Assembly: GCA_947460595.1 (NCBI GenBank) | Contig: CANHGS010000003.1 | Location: 114,707-178,706, forward strand | Reading direction: 5' to 3' | Length of the DNA stretch: 64,000 bases | DNA from: Bacteroidota bacterium | GTDB taxonomy: Bacteria > Bacteroidota > Bacteroidia > Chitinophagales > Chitinophagaceae | Part shown: positions 20,423 through 28,125 of the stretch, piece by piece | Layout of the letters: each line of letters opens with the position of its first letter | How positions within the stretch are numbered: the stretch's first letter is position 1 | Notes under the pieces: model-generated | What the model saw: only the letters and a program-made list of their open reading frames with translations | Databases searched by the model: none | Told to the model about the DNA's origin: nothing | Position numbers and translations under genes: made by a program

Positions 20423-22369
20423 ATGAAATACTTTCTTGGCTTTTGGGCCGCTTGTTTTTTATTGGTTAATACACAAGCACAACAAACGCAGAAACCACCA
20501 CTGCATGGTAAAAACTGGATGGCTATCACAGGTAAACCCCTTGCAGCCACGGCTGGCTCCCAGATTTTTCAACAAGGTGGTAATGCGGTAGACGCGGCTT
20601 GCGCCATGCTAGGTGCCACTTGCACCATGTGGGATGTATTAAGTTGGGGTGGAGAAACACAGGCCCTCATCTACAATCCTAAGACCAAGAAAGTCATTGC
20701 CATCAATGCCATGGGTGTAGCACCTACTGGCGCCACCGTGGAATTTTTTAAAAGCAAGGGATATGCATTTCCGCCAGAATATGGTCCACTAGCAGCCACC
20801 ACACCGGGCACTGTTGGCGGACTTTGTTATATGCTGAGTGAGTTTGGAACCATGAGTTTGAAACAAGTGTTGCAACCAGCCATGCAATTGGCGGCAGGTT
20901 ACCCCATTGACGCACAAACCGCCAATAGTATGGAGAAGGGCAAAGAGCTAATCAAGGGATGGCCCTATTCCAAAGCCGTATTCCTCACGCATTCTGGAGA
21001 AAAAAGAGAAGCACCCGAAGCAGGAGAAATTTTTATACAGAAAGATTTGCTAGCCACACTTAGCAAATTAGTAGAAGCAGAAACAGCCGCACTCAAAAAT
21101 AAAAAGAGCCGCAAAGAAGCCATCATGGCGGCTTATGACCGTTTTTACAAAGGCGATATTGCCAAGGAATTTGTGCGAGGCGCACAGGAACAAGGAGGAC
21201 TGATTACATTAGAAGACTTAGCCAAATGGAAGCCCCGTGTGGAAGAACCACTACACGTAAACTACAAAGGCATTGAAGTGTACAAACTATCGCAGTGGAC
21301 CCAAGGCCCCATGCTCCTACAAAGTTTGAACATGCTAGAAAATATAGACCTCAAATCTATGGGCTATAATAGCACACGCTATATTCATACGCTGTATCAG
21401 ACCATGAATATGACTTATGCAGACAGAGATTTTTATTATGGCGATCCCTATTTTCCACCAGCAGAACCCATGCAGGGATTGTTGAGCAAGGAATACGCCA
21501 GACATAGGGCCAGCCAAATTAATGCGGATAAGAACAATGCATTTGCCACACCAGGAGATCCTTATCCTTATGAAGGCAAGACCAATCCTTATTTGAGTTT
21601 GTTGCAAAAAAGAGCTGCACTAACCGATACCAGTTTGCAACAAGGAAACGCCATACCCAAACATGATCAAACTTATTTACAAATCAATAGCGGCGCTGAT
21701 TTGGCTAGGTTGTCAACTAACGCTTCTTTTCCCTTTGCTAGTGAAGAGGAAGCCTATCAAGACAGGTTATGGCGCGGCACTACAACGGTAGAAGCTGCTG
21801 ACACATCGGGCTGGGTGGTCTCTATTACCCCTAGCGGGGGATGGCTGCCAGCAACCATAGCCGGAAGAACAGGCCTAGGCATGAGCCAGCGGATGCAGAG
21901 CTTTGTGTTGGATAGCACTATTGATCCCTTTAATGTGGTGGAACCGGGCAAGCGTCCACGCGTAACGCTTACACCAAGTTTGGCATTAAGAGATGGTAAA
22001 CCCTTTTTGTGTTTTGGTGTGCAGGGTGGCGATACTCAGGATCAAAACCTGTTGCAATTTTTCTTGAACATAGTAGAGTTTGGCATGACGGTACAACAAG
22101 CATCCGAAGCGGCTAATTTTAATACCAACCAACTCTGGCTTTCACTGGGTGGTAGCAAACTCAAGGATCGCATACCCCGCGCCGGAAGTATTCTCTTACC
22201 TCGCAATGCTAGCGAAGAACTCAAAACCAGTTTGAAAAAAATGGGCTATCAAATAACCCTTGGTGACCGAACCAGCGGCCCCATCAACGCCATTTATTTT
22301 GACTGGAAACATGGCAGTCTTTGGGGTGGAAGTTCTAACAATGGAGAGGACTATGGGATTGGGTGGTAA
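20423..22369 (+). CDS. Gamma-glutamyltransferase family Ntn hydrolase
   Basis: GGNAVDAACA, TPGTVGG, FYKGDIA, GTTT nucleophile region, GKRPRVTLTP, GVQGGDTQ. Confidence 0.85.
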   Translation: MKYFLGFWAACFLLVNTQAQQTQKPPLHGKNWMAITGKPLAATAGSQIFQQGGNAVDAACAMLGATCTMWDVLSWGGETQALIYNPKTKKVIAINAMGVAPTGATVEFFKSKGYAFPPEYGPLAATTPGTVGGLCYMLSEFGTMSLKQVLQPAMQLAAGYPIDAQTANSMEKGKELIKGWPYSKAVFLTHSGEKREAPEAGEIFIQKDLLATLSKLVEAETAALKNKKSRKEAIMAAYDRFYKGDIAKEFVRGAQEQGGLITLEDLAKWKPRVEEPLHVNYKGIEVYKLSQWTQGPMLLQSLNMLENIDLKSMGYNSTRYIHTLYQTMNMTYADRDFYYGDPYFPPAEPMQGLLSKEYARHRASQINADKNNAFATPGDPYPYEGKTNPYLSLLQKRAALTDTSLQQGNAIPKHDQTYLQINSGADLARLSTNASFPFASEEEAYQDRLWRGTTTVEAADTSGWVVSITPSGGWLPATIAGRTGLGMSQRMQSFVLDSTIDPFNVVEPGKRPRVTLTPSLALRDGKPFLCFGVQGGDTQDQNLLQFFLNIVEFGMTVQQASEAANFNTNQLWLSLGGSKLKDRIPRAGSILLPRNASEELKTSLKKMGYQITLGDRTSGPINAIYFDWKHGSLWGGSSNNGEDYGIGW

Positions 22370-22375
22370 ATGAAA

Positions 22376-22450
22376 GTGAAGAGATAAGAGGGAAGAGGGA
22401 AGAGGGAAGAGATAAAAGTGAAGAGTGAAGAGTGAAGAGTGAAGAGTGAA
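22376..22450 (+). repeat. Purine-rich heptamer tandem repeat, about 11 units
   Basis: GTGAAGA GATAAGA GGGAAGA x3 GATAAAA GTGAAGA x4 GTGAA immediately after the ggt stop codon. Confidence 0.9.
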
Positions 22451-22475
22451 ATTCAAAAAAAATTACCCACTTTAA

Positions 22476-22892
22476 ATGTGGTTAACAAATATGAATCAGT
22501 TTAGTCAAATTGATACTAGATTAATAGCGCTAGCCAAACAAATTGGTGCTTCATTAGAAACAACCGTTGGTGGGCATTCTATTGATGGTATTGATGTACC
22601 AAAAGACAAACTAGCAATAAGACAAATTCAATGGATAGAAGGACCTATTGGAAAAGCAATCATCATTAATCAAAACTTTGAAAACGGCAATCTGGAAGCA
22701 CCTAACTGGGATTTTATAAATATTGCTTGGCTACTGGAAGGAAAAACCCCTGCAAAGGGAAGGCCGATATGGAATAAGTACCTATTAAAAAATATTGATT
22801 TTAGAAAAATTGAAACTGATATTGAAAAACTTTTAAAGCAGTCCTTGGAAAATTTAAATGCAGTCAAGAAAACTGATCTTAAGTATAGATAA
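22476..22892 (+). CDS. Hypothetical protein (start possibly ATG 22491)
   Basis: 138-aa ORF, AT-rich, no recognised motif. Confidence 0.6.
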   Translation: MWLTNMNQFSQIDTRLIALAKQIGASLETTVGGHSIDGIDVPKDKLAIRQIQWIEGPIGKAIIINQNFENGNLEAPNWDFINIAWLLEGKTPAKGRPIWNKYLLKNIDFRKIETDIEKLLKQSLENLNAVKKTDLKYR

Positions 22893-22949
22893 GTGTTTAC
22901 TGGTTCGTTAATCATTAGTTTTGCGCAGCATATGAGGCATACAAAAAAA

Positions 22950-23042
22950 GGCAGCATCCGCACTACCATGCACTACACCCATATAAGCATCAAAAGCCTG
23001 GGCAATATTCAAAGACCCCTAGACAGATTGAATTGGGAGTGA
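22950..23042 (+). pseudogene. C-terminal remnant of a tyrosine recombinase/integrase
   Basis: Reads GSIRTTMHYTHISIKSLGNIQRPLDRLNWE*, matching the box II tail (T-x-x-Y-T-H, then I-x-S/R-P-L-D) of Bacteroidota site-specific integrases; everything upstream of box II is missing. Confidence 0.7.
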
Positions 23043-23263
23043 CTATCAACCATACATCAACAATCTACCCCTCAACCATTCCAAACCTAGAAGTTTCCTA
23101 CCCGCCACCCAGCCCATCATACTCGCGTTTTCTTAATATCTCACTTTAATCTCCACACCTGCGCTTTTCCAATATCTCGCATCCCCTTGCAGATAGCCAT
23201 TAGTCTATCAATTCAAAGACACTCATAAATTTCTTATAGGGTTTATTTTTGATGTGATGGTTT

Positions 23264-23291
23264 TATGTACTTTTAAGCGTTGGTGGCTAGT
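23264..23291 (+). mobile_element. attI-like site / crossover at the start of cassette 1
   Basis: TATGTACTTTTAAGC-GTTGGTGGCTAGT; GTTGGTGGC (23279-87) is the reverse complement (8/9) of GCCACCAAA at 23886-94. Confidence 0.45.
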
Positions 23292-23313
23292 TTAACTCAG
23301 TCACAAATGTTTA

Positions 23314-23832
23314 ATGCATCTTTTAAAAATAAAACTTTGTCTTATGCAGCTTATAAAATTTCGGATAATATTCTTTTTGATAATTTTGTTATGTAGCTGT
23401 ACTACACTGAAACCAGTGACAAGCATAAAGAATGACACAATTCAGAAGTACAAATATTTTTATATTTCTCCTACTAACAGTTTGACTTCAAATTCAGGAG
23501 CTACAATAGGAAGTCAATTTTATTCTTCAAGTAAAAGCATAAACCCAAGTGATCTTATTACAGGTATATTATCAAAAAAGAGGTTTATAAAATTGCCTGA
23601 ACTCAAATCCGAACTATCAGAAGAAACAGTTGTTGTTAATTATGGTGAAAGTGGGAGAAGAAAAACAGGTCTCGGCGGATATACTATTGAGGTGACAATT
23701 CAAATTATTTCAGCTAAGTCAAATAAATTGATTTGTTCCTGTACTGCAGAGGGACAAGGTGAGACAGAAGCTGATGATATTAGACAAGCAATTAATCGGT
23801 GCTTAGCAGAATTATTACCAAATCAAAATTAG
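23314..23832 (+). CDS. Hypothetical lipoprotein (cassette 1 gene)
   Basis: Lipobox LLCSC; 172 aa, start possibly 23344. Confidence 0.75.
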   Translation: MHLLKIKLCLMQLIKFRIIFFLIILLCSCTTLKPVTSIKNDTIQKYKYFYISPTNSLTSNSGATIGSQFYSSSKSINPSDLITGILSKKRFIKLPELKSELSEETVVVNYGESGRRKTGLGGYTIEVTIQIISAKSNKLICSCTAEGQGETEADDIRQAINRCLAELLPNQN

Positions 23833-23885
23833 AAATTAATAAGTTCAAATAAATTGAAACAATAGTTTGGATACCCAAAGTACAA

Positions 23886-24036
23886 GCCACCAAAATTAGG
23901 CTTTGCACAATTTGTGCTTCCACTTTAGCCCTTCAACTTTTGTTATTTCTTATCAACTTCAGTAATTTGGCTTTAGCTAATCGGGGCATTAGAATCACAG
24001 ATTATCCAAACTGAGCAAAGCTCTGAACGTTAGCGG
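23886..24036 (+). mobile_element. Complete attC-like imperfect inverted repeat (151 bp)
   Basis: GCCACCAAA-ATTA-GGCTTTGCACAATTT ... AAACTGAGCAAAGCT-CTGAAC-GTTAGCGG; arms 23899-913 / 24008-022 are 12/15 complementary; inner TTTGTGCTTC / GAATCACAGA 8/10. Confidence 0.62.
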
Positions 24037-24108
24037 TCATGCTTACAGACGCTCTACAAACATGAGAAGATATTTGAAAAAGATTTCAATTTTTCGTAAA
24101 TTCACTTA

Positions 24109-24642
24109 GTGAAAAAGAACAAGCTAATTTATCTGGACTTTGAGGTCGACAAGCTCACCAATTCGATTGAAAATGTAATTTCAGGCGAAGTTTTTGATAC
24201 CTTGATTGTAAAACTAAGACCCGCAGACGGCAAAAGTATTAAGAAAGGAGAATGGGGTTTTAATTGGCACAATGAACTTAAAGACAAGACAAAGCAAGTT
24301 TATAAGTTGTCTACAGTTAATAACCCAACAATTATTCATGGACTTATTAGTTTGACAGACAAAGGTGACCATATTTTTATGGATTTGATAGAAAGTGCAA
24401 AATTCAACAAAGGTAAAAACAAACTTTATAGAGGTGTTGCTGGAAATCTTGTTGCTTTTGGTTGTAAAATGTCATTTGAATCAAATTATGACGGGGTAGT
24501 TTCTTTTGTAGCCAAGACCCAACTTGTTGCTCATTATGAACAAACTTTGGGAGCAAAATTTTTTGGTGGTAATCGTATGTTCATTGACACTAAAGAAGCA
24601 TTTATTTTAACAACAAAATATTTTAAAGACAATAAACTATGA
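24109..24642 (+). CDS. Hypothetical protein with GNAT-like features (cassette 2)
   Basis: GTG start, 177 aa; DHIFMDLIESA, YRGVAGNLVAFGCKMS, LVAHYEQTLGA. Confidence 0.7.
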   Translation: MKKNKLIYLDFEVDKLTNSIENVISGEVFDTLIVKLRPADGKSIKKGEWGFNWHNELKDKTKQVYKLSTVNNPTIIHGLISLTDKGDHIFMDLIESAKFNKGKNKLYRGVAGNLVAFGCKMSFESNYDGVVSFVAKTQLVAHYEQTLGAKFFGGNRMFIDTKEAFILTTKYFKDNKL

Positions 24643-24803
24643 TAAACTTCAAAAAAATGGACGACAAAGACTTTGTGTTTGTAAACAAGCCTTTAAGCGC
24701 CAAAGAAGAAAAAGAATTTAGTGATTTTCTAAAGTCACGCAAGAGGAAAACAAGGCGTATAGGACTACCGAAAAAAATTAAGAAAGAAAAATTGGTTATT
24801 TAA
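24639..24803 (+). CDS. Small 54-aa basic protein, not in the ORF track
   Basis: ATGA overlap with upstream stop; MINFKKMDDKDFVFVNKPLSAKEEKEFSDFLKSRKRKTRRIGLPKKIKKEKLVI*. Confidence 0.6.
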   Translation: MINFKKMDDKDFVFVNKPLSAKEEKEFSDFLKSRKRKTRRIGLPKKIKKEKLVI

Positions 24804-24861
24804 TTGGGAGTCAGAAGCTAGGTTGAAAAACCGAAAAGGAACAAACTTCAAAGCAAAAAGT

Positions 24862-24882
24862 CCTCCCCTAACATAAGGCTTT
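24862..24882 (+). mobile_element. Truncated attC-like left half-site
   Basis: CCTCCCCTAACATAAGGCTTT; 15-mer CTAACATAAGGCTTT identical to 25409-25423. Confidence 0.5.
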
Positions 24883-24912
24883 TCCGTAATTAAAAATAAC
24901 AACCATCAACTT

Positions 24913-25392
24913 ATGAAACCTTTGACTTTATTATTAGCCATTTTGGGATTTTCATTTTATTCAAATGGACAGACAAGTTTTAAAAGAAACGACATTTATT
25001 TAGAAGCTGGCGGTAATGGGCTTTTTTCGTCCATTAATTATGAGAGACAATTGACAAAACAACCTGGGCTTGGGTTTAGACTTGGTATTGGATTTTACGC
25101 TGAAAAAGCATTTTACTTGACAATACCAGTTGGAATCAACTATCTTTTCAAATTAAAAAATAACAAATCTTTTATTGATGCAGGACTTGGAGCAACTTGG
25201 ACTAGAATTGACGGAAACTTATTCGGAGACTCAAAAAATTCTACCGGTGACCATTTTGTAAACTTCGCTCCAAGTATTGGTTACAGAAGACACACAACTA
25301 AAGATGTAATGTGGCGTATTAGTATTACACCTATTGCTAACAAATATGGTTTAGTTCCTTGGTTGGGGTTTTCAATTGGAAAAAGATTTTAA
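24913..25392 (+). CDS. Small outer-membrane beta-barrel-like protein (cassette 3)
   Basis: Signal peptide, alternating beta-strand pattern (IYLEAGGNG, INYERQL), C-terminal Phe. Confidence 0.7.
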   Translation: MKPLTLLLAILGFSFYSNGQTSFKRNDIYLEAGGNGLFSSINYERQLTKQPGLGFRLGIGFYAEKAFYLTIPVGINYLFKLKNNKSFIDAGLGATWTRIDGNLFGDSKNSTGDHFVNFAPSIGYRRHTTKDVMWRISITPIANKYGLVPWLGFSIGKRF

Positions 25393-25402
25393 TAAATAAT
25401 AA

Positions 25403-25433
25403 CCTCGGCTAACATAAGGCTTTGTGCAAATTT
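25403..25433 (+). mobile_element. Truncated attC-like left half-site
   Basis: CCTCGGCTAACATAAGGCTTTGTGCAAATTT, similar to the left arm at 23886-23913. Confidence 0.5.
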
Positions 25434-25519
25434 TAAAATTTTAAATTAAAAAACTGCTTGAATGCGAGGGGCGTTTTGAGATTACCATAAATACAATAGC
25501 CAAAGACTAAAAGAAAAAT

Positions 25520-26104
25520 ATGAAAATGGGAATAATCTTACTTATAGTAGTCCTTATAGCATTCACAGTTGTCCAACTTTATTTTATACTTGGACAAAGA
25601 AATATTGAAACATACCCCTATGTTGTTAAAAGAAAATATAAGCTATTTGAAATAAGGACTTATGCAACTACTTTATTTACCTCAGTCAAACTCTCTACAA
25701 AAGGATATAAAAATTCTTCCAGTAAAGGTTTCTCTATTCTAGCGGGATATATTTTTGGAAATAATGAAAGGAATGAAAAAATAGCTATGACTTCTCCGGT
25801 CTCCATGTCATTAGGTGATTCCACAACCATGATGTTTATGGTTCCTAAGAAATTTAATAAAGACATGCTTCCTAAGCCTAATCAATCAGGTATAGAATTT
25901 AAGGAAGAGGCTTCAAAAACCGTTGCTGCAATCAGGTTTGACGGTTGGGCTAGTGATACTAAAATAGAGAAATATCAACAGCAATTAAAAGCAGCTTTAG
26001 ATGCAGCAGGTATAAAGTATTCTAATCAATTTTATTTTTGGGGCTATAATGCTCCTTTTGAAGTTTTTAATCGAAAAAATGAAGTGATAGTTGAATTGCA
26101 ATAA
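25520..26104 (+). CDS. SOUL heme-binding family protein
   Basis: IETYPYVV, FEIRTY, GFSILAGYIFGNN, KIAMTSPV, MMFMVP, GYNAPF, RKNEV. Confidence 0.88.
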   Translation: MKMGIILLIVVLIAFTVVQLYFILGQRNIETYPYVVKRKYKLFEIRTYATTLFTSVKLSTKGYKNSSSKGFSILAGYIFGNNERNEKIAMTSPVSMSLGDSTTMMFMVPKKFNKDMLPKPNQSGIEFKEEASKTVAAIRFDGWASDTKIEKYQQQLKAALDAAGIKYSNQFYFWGYNAPFEVFNRKNEVIVELQ

Positions 26105-26161
26105 AATACTCTTACAATATATAACTAGGAGTTAATCGTATTACTTATAATTTAAGAGATA

Positions 26162-27487
26162 ATGAAAAGAAGAAGCTTTATTAAAAACGCATCCCTAACG
26201 GCTTTGGGCATAAGCGCCTTTGGCATCATGGACTCCTATAGTAAAAGTTCTGTCTTTGGCAATAATCTCAAAGTGAATGGCAAACGTATTGAAAACCGCA
26301 TTTTTGAATTGGCAAAATTTGGTCTAGATGAAAAGGGTCATGGCACCCGAGTGGCCTATACAAAAGCGGATATGGAAGGCCGTGCCTGGTTTATTGAGCT
26401 CATGAAAAAAGCAGGGCTTAACCCAAGCATTGATACAGCTGGTAATATCATCGGCAAACGCAAAGGAAAAAACAATTCACTCAAACCCATTGGTTTTGGT
26501 TCACATATTGACATGGTGCCAGATGGTGGAAATTATGATGGCACGTTGGGTTCTATAGGTGCATTGGAAGTAATTGAAATATTAAATGAAAACAATGTGG
26601 TTACCGAACATCCTCTGGAACTGATCATTTTTAGCAATGAAGAAGGGGGTACCATTGGCAGTAAAGCCATGGTGGGCGATATAACAAGCGAAGGATTGCT
26701 ACAGAAAAGTCAAATGGGCTTAACCATGGCTGAAGGTATTAAAGCCATTGGTGGCAATCCCGAGCATATTCAAGCCTGCATTAGAAAAAAAGGCGATATA
26801 CACGCATGGGTGGAATTGCATATAGAGCAAGGCGGTGTATTAGAAAAGGAAAACATCCAGATTGGTGTAGTAGAAGGTATTGTTGGAATTGTACATTGGG
26901 AAGTAACGGTAGAAGGTTTTGCCAATCATGCAGGTGCTACACAAATGAACATGCGGCAGGACGCTTTGCTGGCTGCCTCTAAATTTATTATTGCCGTTAA
27001 TGAAGTGATCACTAGTGTAAAAGGAACACAGGTTGGAACGGTTGGAAAAATTGCAGTGCAGCCCGGCGCATATAATGTGATTCCAGGTAAAGCAATCTTA
27101 GGTTTAGAAATCCGCGATTTATCAGCTGATAAAATTGAAATGCTATTTAAGCAAATTGAAAATCGCGCAGCAACCATTGCCAAAGAGTATAAAACTAAAA
27201 TTAGTTTTATACGGCAAGCCAATGAATCAAAACCTGCATTAACGGATAAAAAGTTACAGCAAACCATTAATGCTAATGCCAAAATATTGGGCTTTACCAC
27301 CAAGTTAATGCAAAGTGGAGCCGGCCACGATTCGCAGCATATTGCAGCAATTGCACCGTCTTCTATGATTTTTATTCCGAGTGTGGGCGGCATCAGTCAT
27401 TCACCCAAAGAATTTTCAAAGGCATTAGATATGGAGAATGGAGCCAATCTGTTATTACAAACAATACTGTCCATTGACAGAACTTAA
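26162..27487 (+). CDS. M20 Zn-dependent amidohydrolase (N-carbamoyl-amino acid / allantoate amidohydrolase family), Tat-like signal
   Basis: MKRRSFIK; GSHIDMVPDGGNYDG, NEEG, ELHIEQG, SGAGHDSQ, GGISHSPKE. Confidence 0.88.
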   Translation: MKRRSFIKNASLTALGISAFGIMDSYSKSSVFGNNLKVNGKRIENRIFELAKFGLDEKGHGTRVAYTKADMEGRAWFIELMKKAGLNPSIDTAGNIIGKRKGKNNSLKPIGFGSHIDMVPDGGNYDGTLGSIGALEVIEILNENNVVTEHPLELIIFSNEEGGTIGSKAMVGDITSEGLLQKSQMGLTMAEGIKAIGGNPEHIQACIRKKGDIHAWVELHIEQGGVLEKENIQIGVVEGIVGIVHWEVTVEGFANHAGATQMNMRQDALLAASKFIIAVNEVITSVKGTQVGTVGKIAVQPGAYNVIPGKAILGLEIRDLSADKIEMLFKQIENRAATIAKEYKTKISFIRQANESKPALTDKKLQQTINANAKILGFTTKLMQSGAGHDSQHIAAIAPSSMIFIPSVGGISHSPKEFSKALDMENGANLLLQTILSIDRT

Positions 27488-27788
27488 GGCAAGGATTTAA
27501 ATTAGCCTACGTACTTTAAAAAGTTGGCTACCACCCCAGAGGAGAAGACTTTTTAATGAAAGTGTAGTATAACAAATTGTTTTGTCTACAATTTAAACGC
27601 TTGCAAGATATCTAATACAAACACTAGGGTTCATCTTAGAGCAAATGCTAAGAATGATTTGATTTATAATTAAAAAATAAATATTAAACGGGAAGTTTCT
27701 TTTTTTGTGGAGAAGACTGCCGATTTTACCACCAAAGCAGAAGCTGAAAAAAAGGAAAATTTGCCTAAGATGCCACTTTCTTAATGTT

Positions 27789-27947
27789 GACAAATGGAGA
27801 TTTGTTCGTTGTTTTGGATTAGAACTTTCATCCAACATAAAAGTTGGATTTAGAATACAAGCAAGATTAGGGGAAAAATGTGAAGGTAAGTTTGATTTTA
27901 TAAACTTGACTAATGACAGTGGTAAAATCTTTAGAGATAGTAGTTAA
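27789..27947 (+). pseudogene. Possible C-terminal fragment of a DUF1349-like gene
   Basis: DKWRFVRCF...KVGFRIQARLGEKCEGKFD...FRDSS* recalls the DUF1349 tail; no matching N-terminus. Confidence 0.3.
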
Positions 27948-28125
27948 TACATTGCAATAACTAAACTTGGTAACGATAAATATTAATCATTAATTTTACT
28001 CCAATTGCCAAGAATGAACTAGCAACAATTCTCAGCCTTAGCAAGCACTCCAGCGTATCTGAAAAGCAAAGATAGGAGCAAGAAAAACTGATAAATAAAA
28101 AATATACTGAATTAAATAAATAGTC

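Noticed and set aside
22376-22450. Heptamer tract as a CRISPR array, and the 86-aa minus-strand ORF 22196-22456 as a gene
   Set aside because: No spacers, unit too short, no cas genes; the ORF is a by-product of the repeat (LHSSLFTLH...) and overlaps ggt
25434-27487. SOUL and M20 genes as further cassettes
   Set aside because: No GTT-type start box or attC-like arm found around either gene
27563-27590. TGTAGTATAACAAATTGTTTTGTCTACA as another attC-like half-site
   Set aside because: Only the TAAC core matches; it is better explained as a small local hairpin
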